Positions 24,401 to 38,767 are shown, counted from the stretch's first letter. The stretch is 64,000 bases of DNA from Squalus acanthias (GCA_030390025.1 CM059432.1:74774001-74838000), one strand, 5' to 3'. Translations and numbers: made by a program. Notes: a model not told the origin generated them from the sequence alone.

Positions 24401-27400
24401 AAGGGATCAATACAAGGGATCAGGACAGTGGATCAATACAAGGGATCAGAACACGGGATCAATACATAGAACAGTACAAGGGATCAATACATGGGATCAG
24501 TACAAGGGATCAATAAAAAGGGATCAATTCAAGTGATCAGTGCAAGCGATCAATAGAAGGGATCATTACAAGGGATCAATACAAGGGATCAATACAATGG
24601 ATAATTAGAAGGAATCAATACAAGGGATCAGTACAAGGGATCAATACAACGGATCAATACTAGGGATCATTGGAAGGGACCAATACAAGGGCTCAATACG
24701 AGTGATCAATACAAGGGATCAGGACAAAGGATCAATACAACGGATCAATAGAATGGATCAATACATGGGATCAGGACAGGGGATGAGGAAGATGGATAAG
24801 GACAGTGGATCAAAAGAAGTGATCAATACATGGGTTCAGTACAAGGGATCAATACAAGGGATCAACAAAAGGGATCAATAGAAGAGATCAATACAAGGGA
24901 TCAGTAGAAGAGATCAATACAATGGATCAATAAAAGGGATCAACAAAAGGGATCAATAGAAGGGATAAATACAAGGGAACAATACAACGGATCAATAGAA
25001 GGGATCAATACAACGGATCAGTACAAGGGATCAATACAGGGGATCAATACGAGGGATCATTGGAAGGGACCAATACAAGGGATCAATATGAGTGATCAAT
25101 ACAAGGGATCAGGACAAAGGATAAATGCAAGGGATCAATAGAATGAATCAATACACGGGATCAGGGCAGGGGATGAGGACAATGGATCAATAGAAGGGTT
25201 CAATACAAGTGTTCAACAAAAGGGATCAGCAGAAGAGATCAATATAAGCGATCAATACGAGGGATCGATACATGGTATCAGGACAAGGGATCAGTTCAAG
25301 GAACTAATACAAGGGACCAACACAAGATATGAGTACAAAGGGATCAGTACAAGGGATCAGTACAAGGGGATCCATACAAGCCATCAGTACAATATATCAG
25401 AACAAGGGATAATAGAAGGGACCAATACAATAGATTAATAGAAGGGATCAATACAAGGGATCAATACAAGGGACCAATATAAGGGATCAATATGAGTGAT
25501 CAATATAAGGGATCCATACAAGGGATCAATACAAGGGATCAATAGAATGGATAAATACAAGGGATCAGGCCAGGGCATGAGGGCAATGGATCCGGACGGT
25601 GGATCAATAGAAGGGTTTAAGACAAGGGTTCAGTACAAGGGATCAATACAAGGGATCAATAGAAAGGATAAATACAAGGGATCAGGACAGGGGATCAAGA
25701 TAGGGGATAAGGACAAGGGATCAGGACAAGGGATCAATATAAGGGATAAATACAATGGATTAATAGAAGGGATCAATACAAGGGATCAATAGAAGGGATA
25801 AATACAAGGGATCAGGTCAGGGGATCAGGACAAGTGATCAATACAAGGGATCAATTCAAGGGATCAATACAATGGATCAATAAAAGGGATCAATACAAGT
25901 AATCAGTACAAGGGATCAGTTCAAGGGACTAATACAAGGTATCAATCTAAGAGATCAATACAGGGGTTCAGTACAAGGGATCAGTAAAATGGATCAATAC
26001 TAGCGATCAGTACAAGGGATCAATAGAAGGGATCAATACAAGGGATCAATACAATGGATCAATAGAAGGGATCAATACAAATGATCAGTACAAGGGGATC
26101 AGTATAAGGGATCAGTAAAAGGGATCAATACTAACGATCAGTACAAGGAATCAATAGAAGGGATCAATACAAGGGATCAATACAATGGATCAATACAACG
26201 GATCAATAGAAGGGATCATAACAAGGGATCAGTACAAGGGATCAATACAAGGAATCAATACTAGGGATCATTGGAAGGGACCAATACAAGGGATCAATAC
26301 GAGTGATCAATATAAGGGATCAGGACAAAGGATCATTACAAGAGATCAATAGAATGGATCAATACATGGGATCAGGACAGGGGATGAGGACAATGGATCA
26401 GGACAGTGGATCAATACAAGGGATCAACAAAAGGGATCAATAGAAGGGATAAATACAAGGGATCAATAAAAGGGACCAATATAAGTGATCAATACGAGGG
26501 ATCGATACAATGGATCAGCACAAGGGAGCAACACAAGGGATCAATAGAATGGATCAATACAAGGGATCAGGGCAGGGGATCAGGATGAGGGATCAGTTCA
26601 AGGGACTAATACAAGGGATCAACACAAGGGATCAGTACAAAGGGATCAGTACAAGGGCTCAGTAGATGATATCAGTACAAGACATCAGTACAAGGGATCA
26701 ATATAAGGGAGCAATACAAGGGATCAATAAAAAGGGATCAATACAAGTGTACAGTACAAGGGATCAGTTCAAAGGACTAATACAAGGGATCAATCTAAGG
26801 GATCAATACAAGGGAGCAGTGCAAGGGGATCAATATAATGGATCAATAGAAGGGATCAATACAAGGGATCAATACAAGGTATCATTAGAAGAGAAGAATG
26901 AAAGGTATCAATATGAGTGAACAATACAAGGTATCAGTACAAGGGATAAAGAAGGGATCAATAGAGGGATAATTACAAGGGATCAGGACAGGGGATCAGG
27001 ATAAGGGATCTGGACAAGGGATCAATACAAGGGATCAATACAATGGATCAATACAAGGGATTAATACAAAGGGACAATACAAGGGTTGAATAGAATGGAT
27101 CAACAGAAGGGATCAATACAAGGGATCAATACAATGGATCAGGACAGGGGATCAATACAAGGGATCAGAACAATGGATCAATACAAGTGATCAATAGAAT
27201 GGGTAAATAGAAGGGATCAGGACAGGGGATCAGAATAAGGGATCAGGACAAGGGATCAATACAAGGGATCAGTACAAGGGATTAATAGAAGGTTTAAATA
27301 CAAGGGACCAATAAAAGGGATTAATAGAAGGGATCATTATAAGGGATCAGTACAAGAGATCACTAGAAGGGATCAATACCAGGGATCAATTCAATGGATC

Positions 27401-30400
27401 AATACAAGGGATTAATAGAAGGGATCATTATAAGGGATCAGTATAAGAGCTCAATAGAAGGGATCAATACAAGGGATCAATACAAGGGATCAATACAAGG
27501 GATCAGTACATGGGATCAGGACAAGGGATCAGGACAAGGGATCAATACAAGGGATCAGTACACGGGATCAATACAAGGGATCAATTCAAGGAATCAATAA
27601 AAAGAGTTCAATACAAGTGATCAGTACAAGGGATCAGTTCAAAGGACTAATAGAAGGGATCAATCTAAGGGATCAATACAAGGGAGCAGTACAAGGGGAT
27701 CAATATTATGGATCAATAGAAGGGATCAATACAAGGTATCATTAGAAGAGAACAATAAAAGGGATCAATAGGACTGATCAATTCAAGGGATCTGTACAAG
27801 GGATCAAGACAGGATCAATAGAAGGGATCATTACAAGGGATCAGGACAAGGGATCAATACAATGGATTAATAGAAGGGATCAATACAAGGGATCAATACA
27901 AGGGATCAATACAAGGGATCAATACAAGGTATCATTAGAAGTGAACAATAAAAGGGGTCAATATGAGTGATCAATACAAGGGATCAGTACAAGGGATAAA
28001 GAAGGGATCAATAGAAGGGATAATTACAAGGGATCATGACAGGGGATAAGGACAAGGGATCAATACAAGGGATCAATACAAGGGATCAATACAAGGGACC
28101 AATAAAAGGGATTAATAGAATGCATCAATACAAGGGAGCCGTACAAGGGATTAATAGAAGGAATCAATACAAGGGATCAATACAAGGGACCAGGACAGGG
28201 GATAAATACAAGGGATCAGATCAAGGGATCAATACAAGTGATCAATAGAATGGATAAATACAAGGGATCAGGACAGGTGATCAGAATAAGGAATCAGGAG
28301 AAGGGATCAATACAAGGTATCAAGACAATGGATTAATACAAGGGATCAGTACAAGGGAGCAGTACAAGGGGATCAATATAATGGATCAATAGAAGGGATC
28401 AATACAAAGTATCATGAGAAGAGAACAATAAAAGGGATTAATACGAGTGATCAATTCAAGGGATCAGTACAAGTGATCAAGAAGGGATCAATAGAAGGGA
28501 TAATTACAAGGGATCAGGACAAGGGATCAATACAAGGGATTAATAGAAGGGTTAAATACAAGGGATCAATACAAGGGATCATTACAAGGAATCAATAAAA
28601 AGAGTTCAATACAAGTGATCAGTACAAGGGATCAGTTCAAAGGACTAATACAAGGGATCAATCTAATGGATCAATACAAGGGAGCAGTACAAGGGGATCA
28701 ATATTACGGATCAATACAAGGGATCAATACAAGGTATCATTAGAAGAGAACAATAAAAGGGATCAATACGAGTGATCAATTCAAGGGATCTGTACAAGGG
28801 ATCAAGAAGGGATCGATAGAAGGGATCATTACAAGGGATCAGGACAAGGGATCAATACAATGGATTAATAGAAGGGATCAATAGAAGGGATCAATACAAG
28901 GGATTAATAGAAGGGATAAATACAAGGGATCAGGACAGGGGATCAGGATAAGGGATCAGGACAAAGGATCAATACAAGGGATCAATACAAAGGGACTATA
29001 TAATGGTTGCATAGAATGGATCAACAGAAGGTATCAATACAAGGGATCAATACGATGGATCAGGACAGGGGATCAATACAAGGGATCAGAACAAGGGATC
29101 AATACAAGTGATCAATAGCATGGGTAAATACAAGGGATCAGGACTAGGGATCAGAATAAGGGATCAGGACAAGGGATTAATAGAAGGGTTAAATAGAAGG
29201 GATCAATACAAGGGATCAGTACAAGGGATCAGTACAAGGGATCAATACAAAGGATCAATAGAAGGGATAAATACAAGGGATCCAGACAGGGGATCAGGAT
29301 AAGGGACCGGTACAAGGGATCAATACAAGGGATCAATACAATGGATTAATAGAATGTATCAATACAAGGGATCCGTAAAAAGGATCAGTACAAGGGATTA
29401 ATAGAAGGAATCAATACAAGGGACCAGGACAGGTGATCAGAATAAGGGATCAATACAAGGGATTAGTACAAGGTATCAAGATAATGGATTAATACAAGGG
29501 ATCAGTACAAGGGAGCAGTACAAGGGGATCAATATAATGGATCAATAGAAGGGATCAATACAAGGTATCATGAGAAGAGAACAATAAAAGGGATCAATAC
29601 GAGTGATCAATTCAAGGGATCAGTACAAGGGATCAAGAAGGGATCAATAGAAGGGATAATTACAAGGGATCAGGACAAGGGATCAATACAAGGGATTAAT
29701 AGAAGGGTTAAATACAAGGGATCAATACAAGGGATCAGTACAAGGGATCAGTACAAGGGATCAATACAAGGGATCAATACAAGGGATTAATAGAAGGGAT
29801 CATTATAAGTGATCAGTACAAGAGATCAATAGAAGGGATCAATACTAGGGATCAATACAAGGGACCAATACAAGGAATTAATAGAAGGGATAAATACAAG
29901 GGATCCAGACAGGGGATCAGGATAAGGGATCAGGACAAGGTTTCAATACAATGGATTAATAGAATGGATCAATACAAGGGATCCATACAAGGGATCAGTA
30001 CAAGGGATTAATAGAAGGAATCAATACAAGGGATCAATACAAGGGATCAGGGCAGGGGATAAATACAAGGGATCTGATCAAGGGATCAATACAAGTGATC
30101 AATAGAATGGATCAATAGAAGGGAGCAGTACAAGGGGATCAATATAACGGATCAATAGAAGGGATCAATACGAGTGATCAATTCAAGGGATCTGTACAAG
30201 GGATCAAGAAGGGATCAATAGAAGTGATAATTACATGGGATCAGGACAGGGGCTCAGGACAAGTGACCAATACAAGGGATTAATTGAAGGGATCATTATA
30301 AGGGATCAGTACAAGAGATCAATAGAAGGGATCAATACAATGGATTAATAGAATGGATAAATACAAGGGATCAGGACAGGGAATAATGACAATGGATCAG

Positions 30401-33400
30401 GACAGTGGATCATTAGAAGTTTCAAAACAAGGAATCAATACAAGGGATCAATACAAGGGACCAGGACAGGGGATAAATACAAGGGATCAGATCAAGGGAT
30501 CAATACAAGTGATCAATAGAATGGATAAATACAAGGGATCAGGACAGGTGATCAGAATAAGGAATCAGGAGAAGGGATCAATACAAGGTATCAAGACAAT
30601 GGATTAATACAAGGGATCAGTACAAGGGAGCAGTACAAGGGGATCAATATAATGGATCAATAGAAGGGATCAATACAAAGTATCATGAGAAGAGAACAAT
30701 AAAAGGGATTAATACGAGTGATCAATTCAAGGGATCAGTACAAGTGATCAAGAAGGGATCAATAGAAGGGATAATTACAAGGGATCAGGACAAGGGATCA
30801 ATACAAGGGATTAATAGAAGGGTTAAATACAAGGGATCAATACAAGGGATCATTACAAGGAATCAATAAAAAGAGTTCAATACAAGTGATCAGTACAAGG
30901 GATCAGTTCAAAGGACTAATACAAGGGATCAATCTAATGGATCAATACAAGGGAGCAGTACAAGGGGATCAATATTACGGATCAATACAAGGGATCAATA
31001 CAAGGTATCATTAGAAGAGAACAATAAAAGGGATCAATACGAGTGATCAATTCAAGGGATCTGTACAAGGGATCAAGAAGGGATCGATAGAAGGGATCAT
31101 TACAAGGGATCAGGACAAGGGATCAATACAATGGATTAATAGAAGGGATCAATAGAAGGGATCAATACAAGGGATTAATAGAAGGGATAAATACAAGGGA
31201 TCAGGACAGGGGATCAGGATAAGGGATCAGGACAAAGGATCAATACAAGGGATCAATACAAAGGGACTATATAATGGTTGCATAGAATGGATCAACAGAA
31301 GGTATCAATACAAGGGATCAATACGATGGATCAGGACAGGGGATCAATACAAGGGATCAGAACAAGGGATCAATACAAGTGATCAATAGCATGGGTAAAT
31401 ACAAGGGATCAGGACTAGGGATCAGAATAAGGGATCAGGACAAGGGATTAATAGAAGGGTTAAATAGAAGGGATCAATACAAGGGATCAGTACAAGGGAT
31501 CAGTACAAGGGATCAATACAAAGGATCAATAGAAGGGATAAATACAAGGGATCCAGACAGGGGATCAGGATAAGGGACCGGTACAAGGGATCAATACAAG
31601 GGATCAATACAATGGATTAATAGAATGTATCAATACAAGGGATCCGTAAAAAGGATCAGTACAAGGGATTAATAGAAGGAATCAATACAAGGGACCAGGA
31701 CAGGTGATCAGAATAAGGGATCAATACAAGGGATTAGTACAAGGTATCAAGATAATGGATTAATACAAGGGATCAGTACAAGGGAGCAGTACAAGGGGAT
31801 CAATATAATGGATCAATAGAAGGGATCAATACAAGGTATCATGAGAAGAGAACAATAAAAGGGATCAATACGAGTGATCAATTCAAGGGATCAGTACAAG
31901 GGATCAAGAAGGGATCAATAGAAGGGATAATTACAAGGGATCAGGACAAGGGATCAATACAAGGGATTAATAGAAGGGTTAAATACAAGGGATCAATACA
32001 AGGGATCAGTACAAGGGATCAGTACAAGGGATCAATACAAGGGATCAATACAAGGGATTAATAGAAGGGATCATTATAAGTGATCAGTACAAGAGATCAA
32101 TAGAAGGGATCAATACTAGGGATCAATACAAGGGACCAATACAAGGAATTAATAGAAGGGATAAATACAAGGGATCCAGACAGGGGATCAGGATAAGGGA
32201 TCAGGACAAGGTTTCAATACAATGGATTAATAGAATGGATCAATACAAGGGATCCATACAAGGGATCAGTACAAGGGATTAATAGAAGGAATCAATACAA
32301 GGGATCAATACAAGGGATCAGGGCAGGGGATAAATACAAGGGATCTGATCAAGGGATCAATACAAGTGATCAATAGAATGGATCAATAGAAGGGAGCAGT
32401 ACAAGGGGATCAATATAACGGATCAATAGAAGGGATCAATACGAGTGATCAATTCAAGGGATCTGTACAAGGGATCAAGAAGGGATCAATAGAAGTGATA
32501 ATTACATGGGATCAGGACAGGGGCTCAGGACAAGTGACCAATACAAGGGATTAATTGAAGGGATCATTATAAGGGATCAGTACAAGAGATCAATAGAAGG
32601 GATCAATACAAGGGATTAATAGAATGGATAAATACAAGGGATCAGGACAGGGAATAATGACAATGGATCAGGACAGCGGATCATTAGAAGTTTCAAAACA
32701 AGGGTTCAGTACAAGGGATCAAAACAAGGGATCAATAGAAGGGTTAATACAAGGGATCAGGACAGGGGATCAGGACAGGGGATAAGGACAAGGGATCAAT
32801 ACAAGGGATCAGTACAAGGGATCAATACAATTGATTAATAGAAGGGATCAATACAAAGGATCAATAGAAGGGATAAATACAAGCGATCAGGGTAAGGGAT
32901 CAATACAAGGGATCAATACAAGGGATCAATAACAAGGGATCAGTACAAGGGATCAGTTCAAGAGATCAATACAAGGGATCAATCTATGGGATCAATTCAA
33001 GGGATCAGTACAAGGGGATCAATATAACGGGTCAATAGAAGGGATCAATACAAGGGATCAATACAAGGGATCAATACATAGAACAGTAGAAGGGATTGGT
33101 ACACGGGATCAGTACAAGGGATCAATACAAGTGATCAATACAAGGGATCAATACACGGGATCAATACAAGGGATCAATAAAAAGGGATCAATACAAGTGA
33201 TCAGTACAAGGGATCAGTTGAAGGGGCTAATACAAGGGATCAATACAAGGGGATCAATACAACAGATCAATAGAATGGATCAATACAAGGGATCAATACA
33301 AGGTACCATTAGAAGAGAACAATAAAAGGGATCAATACAAGTGATCAATACAAGGGATCAGTACAAGGGATAAATATAAGTGATCAATAGAATGGGTAAA

Positions 33401-33522
33401 TACAAGGGATCAGGACAGGGGATGAGGTCAATGGACCAGGACAGCGGATCAATAAAAGTTTCAATACAAGGGTTCAGTACAAGTGATCAATACAAGGGAT
33501 CAATAGAAGGGATCAATAGAAG
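21485..33522 (+). repeat. 13-bp satellite array, block 3
   Basis: Same monomer family. Includes a 2271-bp tandem duplication. Confidence 0.98.
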
Positions 33523-33830
33523 AGCAGCGAGAGCGGCCCTGGGTGGAGATTGAGCGCAGAGACCGAGGATTTAAGGAGCGGGGAGAGAGAGAAGTAAAAA
33601 GTAATCGAAGTGTGACATCACCAGAAAGCAGGTAAGTGATTGGTTGGTGAGTATTTCTCTCTTTACCACTTTTTTCCAAACTTAATTTTTGTGGTTTCTA
33701 GTTTCTAGGGTCTCGGTTGTGTAGCGGGGAGTGTGAGTAAACAAGGGCCCTTGAGTATATCATTTAATTGTAGTGTAATTTGTGGTATCGTTTTGATTTA
33801 ATTTAATTTGAATTAATTAAAGGGTAAGTC

Positions 33831-34780
33831 ATGGCAGCACAGCTCGGCCCCGTGGCATGCTCCTCCTGCACTATGTGGGAAATCAGGGACACTTCCTGTG
33901 TCCCTGACGACCATGTGTGCGGGAAGTGTATCCAGCTGCAGCTACTGGTAGACCGCATTGCGGTGCTGGAGCTGCGAATGGATAGATACTGGAGCATTCA
34001 TGATGCTGAAGACATCGTGGATAGCACGTTTAGGGAGTTGGTCACACCACAGGTAAAGGCTGCACAGGCAGGAAGGGAATGAGTGACCGGCAGGCAGAGT
34101 AGTAGGCGCAGGCAGGTAGTGCAGGGGTCCCCTGTGGCCATCCCCCTCTTAAACAGATATACCGCTTTGGATAATGTTGGGGGAGATGGCTCATCGGGGG
34201 AAGGCAGCAGCAGCCAACTTCCTGGCACCATGGGTGGTTCTGCTGCACAGGACAGGAGGAAAAAGAGTGGGAGAGCTATAGTGATAGGGGTTCTATTGTA
34301 AGGGGAATAGATAGGCGTTTCTGCGGCCGCAAACGAGACTCCAGGATGGAATGTTGCCTCCCTGGTGCAAGGGTCAAGGATGTCTCGGAGTGGCTGCAGG
34401 GCATTCTGGAGGGGAAGGGTGAACAGCCAGCTGTCGTGGTGCATATAGGTACCAACGATATAGCTAAAAACCAGGATGAGGTCCTAAAAGCTGAATATAG
34501 GGAGTTAGGAGGTAAAGTAAAAAATAGGACCTCAAAGGTAGTAATCTCAGGATTGCTACCAGTGCCACGTGCTAGTCAGAGTAGAAATAGAAGGATATTT
34601 CAGATGAATACGTGGCTAGAGGAATGGTGCAAGGGGGAGGGATTCAAATTCCTGGGACATTGGAACCGGTTCTGGGGGAGGTGGGACCAGTACAAACTGA
34701 ACGGTTTGCACCTGGGCAGGACCGGGACCGATGTCCTTGGGGGAGTGTTTGCTAGTGCTGTTGGGGAGGGTTTAAAGTAA
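33831..34780 (+). pseudogene. CR1 ORF1 (zinc finger/leucine zipper plus SGNH esterase), disrupted
   Basis: CSSC...HVCGKC, CCLPGARVKDV, VVVHIGTND and (D>N)GLHL. Stop at 34080-34082 and a frameshift at the VIG(D)S motif near 34290. Confidence 0.9.
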
Positions 34781-34944
34781 AATGGCAGGGGGTTGGGAAC
34801 CTGTGCCGGGAGACAGAGGAAAGGGAAGCGAGGATAGAAGCAAAAGATAGGAAGGAGAAAAGCAAAAGTGTAAGGCAGAGAAATCAAGTGTGTAAATCTA
34901 ACAGGGCCACAGTAAATAATAATTCTAAGAGTGTTAAAAAAACA

Positions 34945-37900
34945 AGCTTGAAGGCTTTGGGGGAAAAATTCAGTTGGTTGCGCCTCCCGTTAGCGCCTTA
35001 AGAGAGCACTAATGGGGCGCAAAGCAACTAGCGCCCGGGCACGGCGATGTTTGCGCTGCTCGCGAAATTAACTAGACATTTTGCGGTGGCGCTAAACACT
35101 ACCGCCACGATCTCCTGCGGCGGCAGATCGTGACGTCAGTCGAGTGCGCAACGCCCCGGTAGTGCCCCGGAGCATATATTGAGTGGCGCCCCCTGCCTTA
35201 CCGCCTGCCGCTAGCAATGACAGGTTGAGGGGAACGTTTTGCAGTCAGGAAGGGACTGGGGGAACGCTATTTAAAGGCGACCGCTTCCTGCCTTTTATTG
35301 TTGGTGACATTTTTGAATCACACATTCTGAGAGAGAGAGAGAGACTTCTGGAGAGATACAACGCTGTGTGAAGGAGTTTTGTGTACTGAGCTGCACTTTG
35401 CAGTTTCATTTTGATTTGCCCTTCCTTGTATTGATTTAGAAGAGACTGTGGGTGCTGCACTCTGAGCTCTTTCCCTGGTACTCTCCATTGTTCTTTCCAG
35501 CAGATTTGATGTACAGGTCTCTCCAGGCCGAGATTCAAGGCTACAATGAGCAGGATGTGGATGGAAAGCAAGATCAACCCTCCCCTTTAAGAACTGGCCC
35601 GTGCCATTGTGTGTGTGTTCCATTGCTGACTGACATCACATGAGCTTCGCCAGCGCTCTGAGGTAGCGCCTCCCTCCTCGGCCTTTGCGCCTTAAGACAG
35701 GTGTGAAGGGCCTGATTTAGCGATCCAATCACCTCCAGGGGCGATAAAAGTCAAGTTTGCAGTCGGAGGCGATAATTAGCGGCAGGCGCTAATCTTTGCG
35801 CCCGGCCGATAATTGCGCCCCAAATGGGGCAATACTGAATTTCTCCCCATTTGTGTCTTAATGCGAGGAGCATTCATAATAAGGTGGATGAATTAGCTGC
35901 ACAAATAGATGTAAACGGATATGATATAATTGGGATTACGGAGACATGGCTCCAGGGTGACCAAGGCTGGGAATTCAACATCCAGGGGTATTCAATATTC
36001 AGGAAGGACAGGCAAAAAGGAAAAGGAGGTGAGGTAGCATTGCTGGTTAAAGAGGAGATTAACACAATAGTAAGGAAGGATATTAGCTCTGATGATGTGG
36101 AATCTGTATGGGTAGAGCTGAGAAATACCAAGGGGCAGAAAATGTTAGTGGGAGTTGTATACAGACCTCCAAACAGTAATGCTGAGGTTGGGGATGGCAT
36201 TAAACAGGAAATTAGAGACGCGTGCAATAAGGGTACAACAGGTATCATGGGTGACTTTAATCTACATATAGATTAGTATAATTTATAATTTATAGATTAA
36301 CCAAATTAGTAACAATACTGTGGAGGGGGAATTCCTAGAGTGTATACGGGATGGTTTCCTCGACCAATATGCTGAGGAACCAACTAGAGATCAGGCCATC
36401 TTAGACTGGGTATTATGCAATGAGAAACGATTGCTTAGCAATCTTGTTGTGCAAGGCCCCTTGGGGAGGAGCGATCATAATATGATAGAATTCTTCATTA
36501 AGATGAAGAGTGAAGTAGTTGACTCAGAGACTAGGGTCCTGAATTTAAATAAAAGAAACTACGATGGTATGAGGTGCGAATTGGCTAGGATGGATTGGGG
36601 AACATTACTTAAAGGGTTGACGGTGGATAGGCTATGGCAAACATTTAAAGATCGCATGGATGAACTACAGAATTTGTTCATCCCTGTCTGGCATAAAAAT
36701 AAAACAAAAAAGGTGACACAACCGTGGCTAACAAGGGAAATTAGGGATAGCATAAGATCCAAGGAGAGGACATATAAATTGGCCAGAAACAGCAGCAAAC
36801 CTGAGGATTGGGAGCAGTTTAGGTTTCAGCAAAGGTGGACAAAAGGATTAATTAAGAGGGGGAAAATAGAATATGAGAGTAAGCTTTCAGGGAACATAAA
36901 AACTGACTGTAAAAGCTTCTATAAATATGTGAAGAGAAAAAGATTGGTGAAGTCAAGTGTCGGTCCCTTGCAGTCAGAATCAGGGGAATTTATAATGGGG
37001 AACAAAGAAATGGCTGACCAATTAAATACACACTTTGGTTCTGTCTTCACAAAGGAGGACACAAATAGCCTCCCAGAGATGTCGGGGAACATATGGTCTA
37101 ATGAGAGGGAGTAACTGAATGAAATCAGTATTTGTAGGGAAATGGTGTTCGGGAATTTGACAGGATTGAAGGCCGATAAATCCCCAGGGCCTGATAATCT
37201 ACATCCTAGGGTACTTAAGGAAGTGGCCCTAGAAATAGTGGATGCATTGCTGGTCATCTTCCAAAATTCTATAGACTCTTGCACAGTTCCCATGGATTGG
37301 AGGGTAGCTAATGTAACCCCACTATTTAAAAAAGGTGGTAGAGAGAAAACGGGGAATTATAGACCGGTAAGCCTGACATCGGTAGTGGGGAAAATGCTAG
37401 AGTCCATTATAAAAGATGTAATAGCAGAGCACTTGGAAAACAGTGACAGGATCGGACAAAGTCAACATGGATTTACAAAAGGTAAATCGTGCTTGACTAA
37501 TCTACTGGAATTTTTTGAGGATGTAACTGGTAGAATAGATAAGGGAGAACCAGTGGATGTGGTGTATTTGGACTTTCAGAAGGCTTTCGATAAGGTCCCG
37601 CATAAGAGATTAGCATGTAAAGTTAAAGCACATGGGATTGGGGGTAAGGCACTGACTTGGATAGAGAACTGGTTGGCAGACAGGAAGCAAAGAGTTGGAA
37701 TAAACGTGTCTTTTTCCGAGTGGCAGGCAATGACTAGTGGGGTACCACAGGGATCGGTGCTAGGACCCCAGCTATTCACAATATATATAAATGATCTAGA
37801 CTAGGGAACTTGATGTGATATCTCCAAGTTTGCAGATGACACAAAGCTGGGTGGGCGTGTGTGCTGTGAGGAGGATGCAGAGAAACTCCAGTATGATTTG

Positions 37901-38668
37901 GACAGGTTGGGTGATTGGGCAGATGCATGGCAGATGCAGTATAATGTGGATAAATGCAAGGTTATCCACTTTGGTGGCAAAAACAGGAAGGCAGATTATT
38001 ATCTGAACGGCAATAGATTGGGAGAAGGGGAAGTGCAACGAGACCTGGGTGTCCTTGTGCACCAGTCGCTGAAGGTAAGCATGCAGGTGCAGCAGGCGGT
38101 TAAGAAGGCAAATGGTATGTTGGCCTTCATAGCGAGAGGATTCGAGTACAGGAGCAAGGATGTCTTGCTACAGTTGTACAGGGCCTTGGTGAGACCACAC
38201 CTTGAGTATTGTGTGCAGTTTTGGTCGCCTTACCTGAGGAAGGATGTTCTTGCCATGGAGGGAGTGCAGCGAAGATTCACCAGACTGATAGGTGGGATGG
38301 CAGGAATGATGTATGAGGAGAGATTGGGTCGATTGGGCTTATATTTGATGGAGTTTAGAAGAATGAGAGGGGATCTCATTGAAACTTATAAAATTCTAAC
38401 AGGACTAGACAGACTAGATGCAGGAAGGATGTTCCCAATGACGGAGGAGTCCAGAACCAGGGGTCACAGTCTAAAGATAAGGGGTAAGCCATTTAGGACA
38501 GAGATGAGGAGGAATTTCTTCACCCAGAGAGTGGTGAACCTCTGGAATTCTCTACCACAGAAGGCAGTTGAGGCCAATTCATTAAATATATTCAAGAATG
38601 AGTTAGATATATTTCTTAAGGCTAAAGGGATCAAGGGATATGGGGAGAAAGCAGGGACAGGGTACTGA
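34945..38668 (+). pseudogene. CR1 ORF2 (APE endonuclease plus reverse transcriptase), disrupted by a MITE, stops and frameshifts
   Basis: LKAL|CLNARSI split by the insertion. Also ITETWL, YRPP, GDFN, SDHN, NYRPVSLTS, YLDFQKAFDKVPH, GVPQGSVLGP and SKFADDTK (~37822-37845). Confidence 0.93.
34959..35849 (-). mobile_element. Non-autonomous Harbinger derivative (MITE-like, 891 bp), opposite orientation to the autonomous copy
   Basis: TIRs GGGGGAAAAATTCAGT / ACTGAATTTCTCCCCA and TSD TTT. Removing it restores GCT TTG TGT CTT AAT in the LINE ORF2. Both ends align to the ends of 13520-17723. Confidence 0.93.
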
Positions 38669-38767
38669 ATTTGGATGATCAACCATGATCTCATTAAATG
38701 GCGGAGCAGGCTCGAGGGGCCGAATGGCCTACTCCTGCTACTATCTTCTATGTTTCTATGTTTTTAT

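Larger units (their letters stand above)
33523..38767 (+). mobile_element. Near full-length CR1-clade LINE (decayed), resembling shark HER1-type elements
   Basis: About 300-bp 5'UTR, ORF1 with zinc finger and SGNH esterase, ORF2 with APE endonuclease and RT, and a 3' tail CTTCTATG TTTCTATG TTTTTAT. The shark assignment is from recollection of the 3'UTR and is less certain than the CR1 call. Confidence 0.96.

Noticed and set aside
33523..38767. Active full-length LINE
   Set aside because: ORF1 and ORF2 both carry stops and frameshifts, and ORF2 is interrupted by the MITE.
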